Positions 6,810 to 17,563 of a DNA stretch of 36,068 bases are shown here, one piece after another. The notes beneath the pieces are model-generated. The model was given only the letters and a program-made list of their open reading frames with translations. It was not told the origin of the DNA and made no database searches. The position numbers and the translations under genes were made by a program. The DNA lies in contig CAXTWJ010000001.1 of the NCBI GenBank assembly GCA_964247925.1, positions 1 to 36,068 on the forward strand, given 5' to 3'. This DNA is from an uncultured Sphingomonas sp. (GTDB taxonomy: Bacteria > Pseudomonadota > Alphaproteobacteria > Sphingomonadales > Sphingomonadaceae). Within the stretch, counting starts at the first letter, position 1; every line of letters begins with the position of its first letter.

Positions 6810-7133
6810 GTGAGTTTTGGGATTGGTCCTTGCCGGTCGTGCTTGGTTTTCTTCGGAAAGCCTGTGGCGCTTGCGCCGCTTTGGTGACGGCGTAGCCGGC
6901 ACGCAACGAACGAGTATCGGCCGCAGACCGATTCCGCAGTAGTTCCTTTTATGTCGGGTAGGCGACCCCAAAACTCACCGTCCATCTTCTGATTCAATCA
7001 TTTTTTTTAGATTTAAGACTCAGGACGCTGAAAGCTGCGGATTTCCTCTGAAACCGGCCCTGCGGGTGAGCAATGGGGTCGATTCGCGTGAGTGTCGGGG
7101 TAGTCCCGAGCGGAACGGTGAGTTTTGGGGTCG
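6810..7133. repeat. Cluster of GTGAGTTTTGGGGTCG-like repeats including a perfect 19-bp inverted pair
   Basis: CGACCCCAAAACTCACCGT (6963-6981) is the exact reverse complement of 7115-7133; degenerate copies at 6810-6825, 7066-7081 and 7088-7103. Confidence 0.8.
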
Positions 7134-7240
7134 GCCCTTACTTTCGCTACGGGGAGCTGGCGGCTTTGCGTGGCTCACATTTCGCGCGGATAAACGATTT
7201 TATCAGATGCTCACCTCCGCCCTTCGCTCGGCGGGCCACG

Positions 7241-8377
7241 TCAGTGGGGGTGAACAGTGCCGGCACCCGCCATCGCCGCATCCATGAAGCACGTCACCTC
7301 ATCGCGGAAGCGGCCGGTGGCAAACCGCTCTGCGTTGGCGCGGCAGGCCGCGGGCGTGATCGCGGGCAGGCGGCGGTCGAGGTGCTCCACCGCGGCGATG
7401 ATCGCGGCCACCGTGTGCTCGTGAAAGAACACACCGGTCTGGCCCTCGCCGTCATACCCCCGGATGGTTTCGGTAGCCGCGCCCCTGGCATAGGCGATCA
7501 CGGGCGTGCCGCAGGCCTGCGCTTCCAACGGCGCGATGCCGAAATCCTCCTCCGCCGCGAACAGGAACGCCTTGGCGCGGCGCATGTAGTCGGTGACGAC
7601 GTCGTTGGGCTGCTTGCCCAATAGGGTGACGTTAGACCCGGCCGCGGCGCGCACCGCCGCCATGTCGGGACCGTCACCGATCACCACCAGCTGGCGCTCC
7701 GGCATGGCACGGAACGCCTCCACCAGCAGCGGCACCCGCTTGTAAGGCACCATGCGGCCCATCACGAGGTAGAAGTCCTCCCGCGCGTCGCCGACCGTGA
7801 ACCGGTCGAGGTCGACGGGCGGGTAGATCACCGTCGACGACCGGCCGTACGCCTTGCGGATGCGGCGACCGATATAGTGGGAAATCGCGACGAAGTGGTC
7901 GACGCCGTTGGCCGTGCGCACGTCCCACAGCCGGATATAGTGCAGGATCGCCCGCGCGATCACGCCCTTCAGCCCGCGATCACTGCCCGACTCCCGCAGG
8001 TACGTTTCCTGCAGGTCCCAGGCGTAGCGGATCGGGCTGAACGTGTAGCAGACATGCACCTGGTCCGGCCCGGTGATGACGCCCTTGGCGACCGCCGAGC
8101 TGGTGGAAATGACCAGGTCGTACCCCGTCACGTCCAGCTGCTCGACCGCGATCGGCATGAATGGCAGGTAGGCGCGGTAACGCCGCCTCGCGAAGGGCAG
8201 GCGCTGGATGAAGCTCGTCGTGATGCGGCGCCCGGCCAGGAAGCCGCGCTCGGCTTCCGGCAGGAAATCAACCACGCAGTACAGGTCGGCCTGGGGATAC
8301 AGGTCCAAGAACTGCTCCACGCAGGACTCGCCGCCGCCGCGCAGCGTCATCCAGTCGTGGACCACGGCGACCCTCAT
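7241..8377 (-). CDS. GT4 glycosyltransferase (WbaZ-like mannosyltransferase)
   Basis: VAVVHDW...GGGE, SPIRYAWD, GRMVPYKR, EEDFGIAPLEAQACGTPVIA. Confidence 0.9.
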   Translation of the reverse strand: MRVAVVHDWMTLRGGGESCVEQFLDLYPQADLYCVVDFLPEAERGFLAGRRITTSFIQRLPFARRRYRAYLPFMPIAVEQLDVTGYDLVISTSSAVAKGVITGPDQVHVCYTFSPIRYAWDLQETYLRESGSDRGLKGVIARAILHYIRLWDVRTANGVDHFVAISHYIGRRIRKAYGRSSTVIYPPVDLDRFTVGDAREDFYLVMGRMVPYKRVPLLVEAFRAMPERQLVVIGDGPDMAAVRAAAGSNVTLLGKQPNDVVTDYMRRAKAFLFAAEEDFGIAPLEAQACGTPVIAYARGAATETIRGYDGEGQTGVFFHEHTVAAIIAAVEHLDRRLPAITPAACRANAERFATGRFRDEVTCFMDAAMAGAGTVHPH

Positions 8378-8386
8378 GGCCGCGCT

Positions 8387-9232
8387 TCACCCGTCATGCA
8401 GCATCCATTCCAGCGTCTCCTCCAGCGGGCGCGGGCGCCAGCCGGGCAGCGCGGCGCGGAGCCGGCCGACGTCGCCGCCCAGCTCCGGCACGTCGTCGGC
8501 GCGCACGAAGGCGGGGTTGACCCGCACGGCCATGTGATGGCCGGTCAGCGCTTCCATCCGCGCGACGATGCCACGCACGCTCTCCAGCGCGCCGGTGGCG
8601 ACGTTGACCACCGCCGGCGGTTCGTCGGCGTCGAGCAGCCCGGCATAGGCGTCCGCCACCGCGCGCACGTCGCCGAAGTCGCGGCGCACGTCCAGGTTGC
8701 CCAGCTCGATCGCGGGCGCCCGCCGGCGGAAATGGTCCACGATCTTGGGCAGGAGATAGCGTGTCTCCTGCCCGACGCCGGTATAGTTGAACGGCCGCGC
8801 CACCGTGATCCGCAGCCGGTCCGCCCAGAAGCGGCTGCCCGTCTCCATCGCCGCCTTGCTCAGCGCATAATGGTTGGCGGGCAGCACCGGTCGATCCTCG
8901 GCCAGCAGGCCCGCCGCCTGCGCGCCGTAGACCTGCGCGGTGCTGGCCAGGATCACGCGCGCGCCCGGCGCCGTCCGGGCGACCGCGTCCAGCAGGTGAA
9001 AGGTGCCGACCTGGTTGACCGCGTAGAAGCCGGCATAGTCGTTGTCGGCGACAAAGGCGCGCGCCGCCAGGTGGACGACCGCGTCCGGCGCCCCGGCCGC
9101 GACCGCGTCGGCGAGCGCGGGGAGCGCGGTGACGTCGGCCGCCAGCGGCACCGGCTCGTGCCCGCGGCGCGCCAGCTCGGGCAGCAGGTAGCGGCCCGTG
9201 AAGCCGTCCGCCCCCGTCACCGCGACACGCAT
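8387..9232 (-). CDS. rmd: GDP-4-keto-6-deoxy-D-mannose reductase (GDP-D-rhamnose synthesis), extended SDR
   Basis: Start [13 protein letters not shown] (ATG 9232, TGATG-coupled to gmd); HLAA, YALSK (YxxxK), RPFNYTGVGQ, LGNLDVRRDFGDVR. Confidence 0.75.
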   Translation of the reverse strand: MRVAVTGADGFTGRYLLPELARRGHEPVPLAADVTALPALADAVAAGAPDAVVHLAARAFVADNDYAGFYAVNQVGTFHLLDAVARTAPGARVILASTAQVYGAQAAGLLAEDRPVLPANHYALSKAAMETGSRFWADRLRITVARPFNYTGVGQETRYLLPKIVDHFRRRAPAIELGNLDVRRDFGDVRAVADAYAGLLDADEPPAVVNVATGALESVRGIVARMEALTGHHMAVRVNPAFVRADDVPELGGDVGRLRAALPGWRPRPLEETLEWMLHDG

Positions 9233-10266
9233 CAGAACGACCAGCCGCGCTCGTTGCGGGCGAGGTCGGCCTCCACCATCACCGCGCACAGCTCCTCCAG
9301 CGAGGTGCCGCTCTCCCAGCCGAGCTCGGCGCGCGCCTTGGCCGGGTCGCCGATCAGCAGGTCGACCTCGGCCGGGCGATAGAAGCGCGGGTTGACGCGC
9401 ACCAGCTCGCGGCCCGTTCCCCGGTCTCGTCCGATCTCCGCGGCTTCCGCGCCCGACCACTCCAGCGCCACGTCCACGCGCTTGAACGCCATCTCCACGA
9501 AGCTGCGCACCGTTTCCGTCCGGCCCGTCGCCAGCACGAAGGTGTCGGGCCGGTCGTGCTGCAGGATCAGCCGCATTCCTTCCACATAGTCCCTGGCGAA
9601 GCCCCAGTCGCGCCGCGCCTCCAGATTGCCGAGCTCCAGCACGTCCGTCTTGCCCAGCGCGATCTTGGCGACGGTATCCGTGATCTTGCGCGTCACGAAC
9701 TCGCGGCCGCGCAGCGGGCTCTCGTGGTTGAACAGGATCCCGCTGGAGCCGAAGATGCCGAAGCTCTCACGGTAATTGACCGTCATCCAGTGGGCGTAGA
9801 GCTTGGCGACGCCATAGGGGCTGCGCGGGTAGAAGGGCGTGCTCTCGCTCTGCGGCACCGCCTGGACCAGCCCGAACATCTCGGAGGTGGACGCCTGATA
9901 GAAGCGGATCGCCTTGTTGACGGTGTGGATCGCCTCCAGGAGGTACACCGCGCCCAGGCCGGTGATCTGGCCGGTGGTGACCGGCTGATCGAACGACACG
10001 CCCACGAAGCTCTGCGCGGCGAGGTTGTAAATCTCGGTCGCGCCCGACCGGTCGATCAGCCGAATGGCCGCGCCCATGTCGGTCAGGTCGTACTCGACCA
10101 GCTTCAGATTGGGGTGCTTCTCGATGCCCAGCTCCTCGATCCGCCAGAAGTTGACGGAACTGGACCGGCGATAGGTGCCGTATACGGTATAGCCCCGGTC
10201 CAGCAGGTTCTGCGCCAGATAGGCGCCGTCCTGGCCGCTGATCCCGGTGATGATGGCGGTGGTCAT
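9232..10266 (-). CDS. gmd: GDP-mannose 4,6-dehydratase
   Basis: [54 protein letters not shown]. Confidence 0.97.
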   Translation of the reverse strand: MTTAIITGISGQDGAYLAQNLLDRGYTVYGTYRRSSSVNFWRIEELGIEKHPNLKLVEYDLTDMGAAIRLIDRSGATEIYNLAAQSFVGVSFDQPVTTGQITGLGAVYLLEAIHTVNKAIRFYQASTSEMFGLVQAVPQSESTPFYPRSPYGVAKLYAHWMTVNYRESFGIFGSSGILFNHESPLRGREFVTRKITDTVAKIALGKTDVLELGNLEARRDWGFARDYVEGMRLILQHDRPDTFVLATGRTETVRSFVEMAFKRVDVALEWSGAEAAEIGRDRGTGRELVRVNPRFYRPAEVDLLIGDPAKARAELGWESGTSLEELCAVMVEADLARNERGWSF

Positions 10267-11378
10267 GGTGTTCCCTCGGCGTGGTTTCGGGCCCCGGCGA
10301 CGGGTCGCGACACCGCGTCCGCCAGGATGTCGGCGATCTGCCGGGCGGTGTCATCCCAGCGAAATCGCTGGGCTCGCCGGCGGTTGTGCGCAAGCACGGC
10401 CTGCAGATCGAGTTCATCCCGGTCGATCGTGACGCAGGCCTGCTCGATGGCGCTGGTCCAGCCCGCCCGGTCGCGGCCATTGACGAAGGAAACAAAGGCT
10501 CCCTCGGCCACCTCCACCATCGATCCGGCCGTGGAACTGACGCACAAGGCGCCCGCCAGCATCGCTTCCAGAAGCGGCAGCCCGAAACCTTCGTAGAGCG
10601 AGGGGGTAAGAACGATCGCAGCGGCGGCGTACAGATCGGCCAGCTCCGCGTTGGAGATGCCGCGGTACACCGCCACGCGCGCGCTCGACGCCATCGCTTC
10701 CAGGTCGATCGTCGAGCGCATCGCGTCAGCCGGCGCGACGATACGCAGGGTCCAGCCCGGGGGCACCGCCGCCTGCCGCCAGGCGTCGAGCAGCAGCGCG
10801 AAATTCTTGTGCTTCTTGGGCGCCGCCACTGCCAGCAGCGATCGCTGCTTGGCGACAACGGCGGTCGGCAGGTGGTCCCCGCCCAGCGGCACCGTGACGC
10901 CACGGCGCGGGATCCCGACCATGGCCTCGAACTCGGCCTGCGTGAAGCGGCTGTCGAACATCACCGCCGCCGCTTGGCGGCGCACCTTGGTGAAGGTCAG
11001 CCGCGCGAGCCGCCGGTTGATCCGCGAGGCGGGGGTCAGCTCGGGCTTGAGGTGGAGAAGGTCGTGAACGGTGGTCACGAACCGACCCCTCCAGCCCAGG
11101 GGAACCCAGTAGTTGGTGAACCACGTCAGCGCGCACCCGCGCGCGAATGAGGCCAGGCGGACCTGCTCGGCCAGCGAGAATGGCCGCACGTCGCACGCCA
11201 CGATCTCGACATTGGCGGACGTCCCGAACGCCTCTCGCGCCCGGTGCAGGTCGGGCGTGTTGACTAGGACACGCAGCCGCCAGTCCGGCCGCAACGCGGC
11301 GACACGGGGAACGGTGTTGGTGATGACCCGGCCGATGCCGTGTCCCCACCCGACGCGGGCATCCACCAGTAATCGCAC
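10263..11378 (-). CDS. GT4 glycosyltransferase
   Basis: VDAR...[27 protein letters not shown]; GTG start. Confidence 0.9.
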   Translation of the reverse strand: MRLLVDARVGWGHGIGRVITNTVPRVAALRPDWRLRVLVNTPDLHRAREAFGTSANVEIVACDVRPFSLAEQVRLASFARGCALTWFTNYWVPLGWRGRFVTTVHDLLHLKPELTPASRINRRLARLTFTKVRRQAAAVMFDSRFTQAEFEAMVGIPRRGVTVPLGGDHLPTAVVAKQRSLLAVAAPKKHKNFALLLDAWRQAAVPPGWTLRIVAPADAMRSTIDLEAMASSARVAVYRGISNAELADLYAAAAIVLTPSLYEGFGLPLLEAMLAGALCVSSTAGSMVEVAEGAFVSFVNGRDRAGWTSAIEQACVTIDRDELDLQAVLAHNRRRAQRFRWDDTARQIADILADAVSRPVAGARNHAEGTP

Positions 11379-12641
11379 TTAGCCGCCCCGCCACGCCCGC
11401 TCGTGCTGCGCGTACCAGAAGCCCCATCCGGCAACCATCCAGAATATCATCATCACCGGGGGGAAATTGTACGCCGAGTCCGATGCCGCGAGCACCGGAT
11501 AGACCAGCAGCCCCTGCAGGCAGGCCGACGCCTTGGACCGCGACAGCAGCGGCACGCCGCCGATCAGCAGCAGCAAGGGCGGCGTCACGAGGTGAACGAC
11601 GAATAGCGCCAGTCCCGGGTAGCCGTAATTGGCGAGCACGCCCGTGTAGACGATCTCGGGCAGCACGGTGGTGAGCTGGGTCGGGATGATCTGCGGGTTC
11701 GACAGGACGTTCAGCTGATCGACCCGGTTGCCCAGCGTCGCGTCGAAGATGAAGCTGAGGTCGCGCCCCATCAGGTCGAGGATGTAGGCAATGGCGCCGA
11801 CCGACGCGAGCAACGCCGCGCCCAGGTACAGCAGGGTGACCACCCGCAGCCGGTTGGAAACCAGGTGCAGGACCAAAACGAGGATGGCGCCGATCCAGAC
11901 CGTGCGCGACAGCGTCAGGAACAGCGCCGCGTAGAAGGCCAGCACCATGACCCGGCTGCGCTCCAGCCTGAGATAGAGCGGGGCCAGGATGCACATCGCC
12001 ACCCCGTAAATGTTGCCGTTGTTGTAGGTGGAGATCAGCTTGTAGATGCTGCCGCGGTTGATGAACTTGCTGTCCAGATTGCCGACGTCGTCGGCATTGA
12101 CCGTGAGATAGGGGATCTCAATCCACTGGCCGGTGACGATCTTGTAGAGAAACAGGAAGATACCGTAGGCGACGGTGAAGCGGACCACCCATATCAGCGT
12201 GCGTTCCATGCGGGCGCGGAACTCGCCCAGCGTCAGCCCGGAAACGAACGTCAGCCCGAAGATGGGCAGGTAGACTGCCGAGATGAAGTAGGACAGCGTG
12301 TAGCCGAACGAGTCGGTGTCGTTGATGACCACCACGACGGCGCTCCAGACCGCCATCACCAGCGCCGGCAGGACCGCGAGCAGGCGATCGCTCGGCACCG
12401 CGAGGCTCGGTGCGCGCAGCGCCGCCCATACCAGCAGGATTGGGCTGAGCAGATAGCCGAAGGTGATCGGCACGTCGTAGACGCGCACGCCCCCCTTCGG
12501 GAACGCCAGCATGAAGAAGAAGATCGCCGGCAGGGCGACCGCCAGGATGTGGCTGCGGCGAGGCGTCAGAATGAGGGCGCGATGGCGCGGAAGCACGTCG
12601 TTGATCGTCGAAGCCACGCGATACACTTCCCTTCGCCGCAC
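11379..12641 (-). CDS. Polytopic membrane protein, putative Wzy polymerase
   Basis: About 10 hydrophobic segments; STYNNGNIYG loop and LTLSRT motif typical of Wzy/WaaL-like proteins; lies inside the polysaccharide operon. Start uncertain. Confidence 0.6.
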   Translation of the reverse strand: MRRREVYRVASTINDVLPRHRALILTPRRSHILAVALPAIFFFMLAFPKGGVRVYDVPITFGYLLSPILLVWAALRAPSLAVPSDRLLAVLPALVMAVWSAVVVVINDTDSFGYTLSYFISAVYLPIFGLTFVSGLTLGEFRARMERTLIWVVRFTVAYGIFLFLYKIVTGQWIEIPYLTVNADDVGNLDSKFINRGSIYKLISTYNNGNIYGVAMCILAPLYLRLERSRVMVLAFYAALFLTLSRTVWIGAILVLVLHLVSNRLRVVTLLYLGAALLASVGAIAYILDLMGRDLSFIFDATLGNRVDQLNVLSNPQIIPTQLTTVLPEIVYTGVLANYGYPGLALFVVHLVTPPLLLLIGGVPLLSRSKASACLQGLLVYPVLAASDSAYNFPPVMMIFWMVAGWGFWYAQHERAWRGG

Positions 12642-12801
12642 CCGCCGGCTCGTGCCGGTCGAGGCAACCCACCGGCACCATCAACGACGACGCTGTCGAT
12701 GGACTAAGACGCCTGCCGCTGACGGCTGTGGACACCGCCCGTCGCGGTTCGCATAGCAGCCGCGATGGCCGGGGACAAACCGGCCGTTCTGGCGGATCCC
12801 C

Positions 12802-14073
12802 ATGAGCACCTTCTATCTCGACGTCAGCAAGACGCTGGAACTCGGCCTGCATACCGGCATCCAGCGCGTCGTCCGCCGGATCGCGACGGAAGCCGCCGGG
12901 GTCGCGGCCGAGCGCGGTACAACCGTGGTCCCGGTCGTCGCGCTCGACGGGCGCTTCCACCGGCTGTCCGCGCGCGGCGAGCGAGCCCTGGCGTCGTACG
13001 CTCGGCTTGAGGCGCCGGTGGCGACAGCGCCCGACCGGCGGTGGCGGCGCCCGCTGCGCCGGCTGCTGCTGCGATGGCCGGCGCTCCACCTGCCGCTGCT
13101 CGAGCGCAAGACCAATGCCCGCTTTCGGGGCAGCCAGCACGACCTGATCGAGGCCGCGCCGGAGCGGATCGCGCCGGGCGACATCCTGGTGCTGCTCGAT
13201 CTGCTGTTCGGCGGCAGCCCGGCGGTCCGTGCCGGCGCGGCCGCGCACGCGGCCGGCGCGCTCGTCGTGCCCGGCATCTACGGCATGGTCCCGGTGCCCC
13301 CTCCCGCACTGATGCCCCGCCCCATCCGCGACAGCTTCCGCCGCTCGCTGCTGGCGGTGACGCGATGGTCGGCGGGCGCGCTCTCCATCTCGCGGTTCAG
13401 CGCCGGCCAGCTCGCCGCCTTTCTGGCGCGCCACGGGCGGGCACAACCGGTCGGCCACTTCTACCTTGGCGACGACATCGGGGCAGCGCGCGCAGGCAGG
13501 GCGGCGGACGCATCGCCGGGTCGCGCGCCGACCTTCCTAATGGTGGGCAGCATCGAGCCGCGAAAGGGGCATGCGCTGGTCTTGGACGCGTTCGACCGGC
13601 TATGGGCGGAAGGTGGCCGGGCAACGCTGGTGGTGATTGGCAATGCCGGGTGGGACATGCAGCCCTTTCTCGACCGCCACGCGGCGCATCCCGAGCGCGA
13701 CCGCCAGTTCGTCCTGGTCCACGGCGCGTCGGACGAGCGGCTGGCAGCCGCAATGCGCGCAGCCAGCGCGCTCATCGCCGCCTCCAGCGTCGAGGGCTTC
13801 GGCCTGCCGATTGTTGAGAGCTTGGCGCAGGGATTGCCAGTGATCGCCGCCGACATCCCGGTCTTCCACGAGGTCGCCGGGGACCACGCGACCTATTTCG
13901 ATCGCGAACGCCCCGAAACGCTGCGGTCGGTTCTTGCCTCCTTCGCCGAACGGGAAGCCGAACACCGGCGCAGGGCGGCCGGTTTCCGGTGGATCGACTG
14001 GCGCGAGGCGACGCGACGCTTCTTCGACGCGCTGGACGATGTGCTGGCGCGATCGGCGGAGGCACGGGCGTGA
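12802..14073 (+). CDS. GT4 glycosyltransferase (WbpX-like rhamnosyltransferase type)
   Basis: YLDVS...TGIQRVVR, MVGSIEPRKGH, SSVEGFGLPIVES...PVIAADIPVFHEV. Confidence 0.88.
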   Translation: MSTFYLDVSKTLELGLHTGIQRVVRRIATEAAGVAAERGTTVVPVVALDGRFHRLSARGERALASYARLEAPVATAPDRRWRRPLRRLLLRWPALHLPLLERKTNARFRGSQHDLIEAAPERIAPGDILVLLDLLFGGSPAVRAGAAAHAAGALVVPGIYGMVPVPPPALMPRPIRDSFRRSLLAVTRWSAGALSISRFSAGQLAAFLARHGRAQPVGHFYLGDDIGAARAGRAADASPGRAPTFLMVGSIEPRKGHALVLDAFDRLWAEGGRATLVVIGNAGWDMQPFLDRHAAHPERDRQFVLVHGASDERLAAAMRAASALIAASSVEGFGLPIVESLAQGLPVIAADIPVFHEVAGDHATYFDRERPETLRSVLASFAEREAEHRRRAAGFRWIDWREATRRFFDALDDVLARSAEARA

Positions 14074-15491
14074 CCGGTCGCGCCATAGCCGCGGGAGGGC
14101 GCGCGGGCGCCCTAGCGACCCGGCTGCTCGACCCGCGCTTCCGCGCGCTCGGGATGACGGTCGGCGCCGGCTGGGCGGGTCGGCTGCTCACCGCCGCGGC
14201 GCAGTTCGCGGCGATCCGCATCCTGTCCGGCATGCTCGGGATCGCGGGCTATGGTGCCTATGCGGTCATCACCGGGCTGGCAGGCTGGTTCGCGCTGGCC
14301 GATCTCGGGCTCGGCTCCAGCCTCCAGAACCTCATCTCGGCACGGCGCGTGGCGGGGAAATCGGCCGATGACGCGATCTGGACCACCGCGCGCATCCTCG
14401 GGGGGACGACGGTGGCGTTGGCGGTTGCGCTGTCGGTGGCGGGCATCTGGGCGGGACCGTTCCTCCTGTCGCATTTCCCAACGGTCGGACGCCTCGACGC
14501 GGTGCTGGCGTTCGCGACCTTCGCCAGCCTGTCAATCGGCGCCGGCGCGGCCATGATCACGTCGCGCATCTATTTCGCCGAGCATCGCGGCTACTTGGCG
14601 CACGCGATCTCGGCGGGCAGCGCGATCGCCGGGGTCGGGTTGCTGATGATCATCGCCCGGCTGGACTTCGAGCATCGGCTGGTCTGGGGCCTGGCCGTCT
14701 ACTACCTGCCCGCGCTGGTGCTGCCGATCGGGCTGCTGGCGCGCCGCGCGCTGCGCTCGCCGCCCGGCACGCCCGGCCTCGCCCGGCCCCTCGACCGGGG
14801 GCTGGGCGCCGAACTGTGGCGCCACGGGCGCATGTTCCTCCTGTTCAACGCGCTGGCGGCGCTGGTCCTCAACGTCGACTACGTCATCCTGTCGCAGACG
14901 GTGTCGGCGCGCGAGGTCGCGGTGTACGCGATTTATGCCAAGATCTTCGCGCTGGTCTTCTTCGTCTACAACAGCATCCTCCAGGCCTATTGGCCGGTCA
15001 GCGCCGAGGCGATCGGGCGCGGCGACTACCGCGCGTTGCGGACGCTGATACCCAGGGCGATGCTGTTCGGCGTCGTCATCGTGCTGGCGGCGTCGCTGGG
15101 GCTCTACCTGTTCCTCGACTGGATCGGGCCGCTGCTGACGCCGCACGCCCAGCTGGCACTGCCCGCAGCGCTGATCGCGCCGTTCGCGCTGTACTGGCTG
15201 ATGCGGGTGTGGTGCGACACGTTCGGAATGATTATCATGAGCGCGGGCAAGCCGCTGTTCCTGTGTGTCACCGTGCCGGTCCAGGCCGCGTGCAACCTCG
15301 CGCTGGGCATCGCCGGCGCCCGCTACGCCGGGCTGACCGGGTTGCTGCTCGGGATGACCGCGTCGTCCGCGCTCACCGTCGCCTGGGCGGCGCCGGCCTA
15401 TGTCCGGCACCTCGCCCGGCGCGCCGCCGGAAGCGACACGGCCCAGGCGGGCTTGCCGGGGAGCATGACGCATGACCGGACGGAGCGCTGA
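14070..15491 (+). CDS. Wzx-type oligosaccharide flippase (MATE-like)
   Basis: GTG start overlapping the previous stop; LGIAGYG.Y, ADLGLG, NVDYVILS...EVAVY motifs; ~12 TM segments. Confidence 0.8.
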   Translation: MTGRAIAAGGRAGALATRLLDPRFRALGMTVGAGWAGRLLTAAAQFAAIRILSGMLGIAGYGAYAVITGLAGWFALADLGLGSSLQNLISARRVAGKSADDAIWTTARILGGTTVALAVALSVAGIWAGPFLLSHFPTVGRLDAVLAFATFASLSIGAGAAMITSRIYFAEHRGYLAHAISAGSAIAGVGLLMIIARLDFEHRLVWGLAVYYLPALVLPIGLLARRALRSPPGTPGLARPLDRGLGAELWRHGRMFLLFNALAALVLNVDYVILSQTVSAREVAVYAIYAKIFALVFFVYNSILQAYWPVSAEAIGRGDYRALRTLIPRAMLFGVVIVLAASLGLYLFLDWIGPLLTPHAQLALPAALIAPFALYWLMRVWCDTFGMIIMSAGKPLFLCVTVPVQAACNLALGIAGARYAGLTGLLLGMTASSALTVAWAAPAYVRHLARRAAGSDTAQAGLPGSMTHDRTER

Positions 15492-15546
15492 AACAGCTCC
15501 CGCTGGCTGACGCGACGGACGCCCGGCCCCCGCCCGTTCCCCTGTC

Positions 15547-16254
15547 CTAGGATGCGAGGCGCCGGAGCGTCACCGTCACGTTGACGCCGAACGGCGCGTC
15601 GAAACGGAATATCCGCTTGATCGCCGCGGCGGCTGTCTGCCTGACACGGATCTGGATGCGCTGCTTCAGACGCTGGACCGCTGTCCCGCACACGACTTGG
15701 AGATCCTCGCCGACCGCCGCTAGCACGAAGGGCTTGCCGGCGACGATCTGCATGATCATCGGCGCCGACACGGTCGTGACATGGGTATAATCGGATGCCT
15801 GGTTGACCCGCCCGAACGGGCTCTGGCCGTTGGGAAACCGCGCTACGAACAGGCCGCCGGGGCGCAGCAGGCGAGCGACCTGATCGAACAGCCTTCCCAT
15901 GTCGACGGGGCTCATGTGCTCCAGCACGTCAAAAGCGGTAATCAGCGCGAAGCCGGCGTCCAGCGATCGGTCGATCTCGTCGAGCGAGGACGGCAGGACG
16001 GTGACGCCATGGCCCCGGGCAAGCGCGACGCCCTGATCGGAGATTTCGGTGCCGTACAGCTCCGCGCCCTTTTCCCGACACCAGGCCAGCAGCGTTCCGT
16101 TGCCGAACCCGATGTCGAGGACCCTGGCCCCGGCCAGGGGCACGGCGCCGATCTCGCGGTCGAAATAAGCCCGGTCGACCGGCTGGAGGGTCATGAAGGA
16201 CTGGGCGTCCCACCCCTTCCACGCCTCGTACCCGCGGTAGATGTCACTCGCCAT
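15547..16254 (-). CDS. Class I SAM-dependent methyltransferase
   Basis: Start MASDIY (ATG 16254); RVLDIGFGNG motif I, FDVLEH, LLRPGG, PNG.SPFG...D.TH. Confidence 0.88.
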   Translation of the reverse strand: MASDIYRGYEAWKGWDAQSFMTLQPVDRAYFDREIGAVPLAGARVLDIGFGNGTLLAWCREKGAELYGTEISDQGVALARGHGVTVLPSSLDEIDRSLDAGFALITAFDVLEHMSPVDMGRLFDQVARLLRPGGLFVARFPNGQSPFGRVNQASDYTHVTTVSAPMIMQIVAGKPFVLAAVGEDLQVVCGTAVQRLKQRIQIRVRQTAAAAIKRIFRFDAPFGVNVTVTLRRLAS

Positions 16255-17563
16255 CGATCTCTCGCTCCGCACCAATGCCAGTGCTCCTAGAAGCGGTGCC
16301 GTCAATCGCAAGCTGCCTGCTGTCGTGTCGGTCGAGCACCTCGTCCAGCGCTGCGTCGAATTGCCGGGCCGAGCCGGCCCAGTCGATCCACCGGAACGCG
16401 CGCGCCGCGGCCCGGTACCGATCGGCATCGCGCTCGAAGACGGTCATGGCCGTCCTCAGCGCCGCCGCGTCGCCCGGCGCGAAGAACTGCACTGCGTCGC
16501 CGCCGATCTCGCGGAACACCGGGATGTCGGACGCGATCACCGGGACATCGGCGGCCAAGCTCTCGACCAGTGGCAGCCCGAAGCCCTCGACCGACGACGC
16601 GACGATCGTCGCGTCGGCATCGCGCAGCAGCGCCGCCAGCATCGCGTCGTCGGCATCCTCGACCAGATGGAAGCGGCGACCCAGCTGGGGGTGGGAACGG
16701 CATCGCTCGACCAGATCGGGCGCCGCCCATCCCATCTTGCCGACAAAGGTCACGGTGACGTCGTCGCCGTCGCGCCAGCGCCGCTCGAAGGCGTCGAGCA
16801 CCAGCGCATGGCCCTTGCGCGGCTCGATCGTGCCGACCAGCAGGTACGCGCGGGGACGCCGTGTCGTCGCCGGCGCGCGGTTCGCGCCGTTCCGGTCGAG
16901 CGGATCGTCGCCCAGGTAGAAGGAGGCGACGGGCGGCGACGCGCCGCGCATGAAGGCCTTGACCTGCCGCGCGCAGTCGCGCGAGATTGCCACCGCGCCG
17001 TCGGCCTCCGCCAGCGCCCGGCGCATCCGCGGAACAAAGGTCGCGACAATCGCGGCGGGCATGACGGCGGGATGGGTAAACGGGATGAGGTCATAGACGA
17101 CGACGACCAGCGCGGCGCCCTGTCCGCGCGCCCGCGCGCCCGCAGCACCGGCGCTGGTGCCTCCCCAGAACGCGTCCATGAACACGACGCGATCGCCTGG
17201 CCCCGCCGCCAGCGGCGACCGTTCGGCAAAGGCGCGCACGACGGCATCGATTCGCGCCGACGCCAGCCGTTCCTGCCGGCGATCGTACAGCGCGGGGGCG
17301 AGCCGCATCAGGAGGCGGCCGACCACCCGCTTCCACCCGGCCGCCCGGCCGGGCCCGGGCCCGTCGCGCGCGGGCGTCATCAGCCGCTGCCGCCCCGCCT
17401 CGTCGAGCCGGTGAAACGCTCCGCCGATCGCGACGACCGGGACGACCGCCGCGCCATGCTGCCGGGCGAGCTCGGCGACGAGGCGGCGGGTCACCCGCTG
17501 GATCCCGGTGGTGAACCCGAACGCGACCGTGTGGGTCACGTCGAGGATCAGCTGGCCGCTCAC
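16244..17563 (-). CDS. GT4 glycosyltransferase (WbpX-like type)
   Basis: ILDVT...TGIQRV, VYDLIPFTHP, VGTIEPRKGH, EGFGLPLVES, ASDIPVFREI. Confidence 0.9.
   Translation of the reverse strand: MSGQLILDVTHTVAFGFTTGIQRVTRRLVAELARQHGAAVVPVVAIGGAFHRLDEAGRQRLMTPARDGPGPGRAAGWKRVVGRLLMRLAPALYDRRQERLASARIDAVVRAFAERSPLAAGPGDRVVFMDAFWGGTSAGAAGARARGQGAALVVVVYDLIPFTHPAVMPAAIVATFVPRMRRALAEADGAVAISRDCARQVKAFMRGASPPVASFYLGDDPLDRNGANRAPATTRRPRAYLLVGTIEPRKGHALVLDAFERRWRDGDDVTVTFVGKMGWAAPDLVERCRSHPQLGRRFHLVEDADDAMLAALLRDADATIVASSVEGFGLPLVESLAADVPVIASDIPVFREIGGDAVQFFAPGDAAALRTAMTVFERDADRYRAAARAFRWIDWAGSARQFDAALDEVLDRHDSRQLAIDGTASRSTGIGAEREIDGE

Noticed and set aside
5606-6997. 463-aa ORF as a single protein
   Set aside because: The N-terminal ~270 codons overlap the XRE gene and non-coding repeats; only 5606-6175 looks coding.
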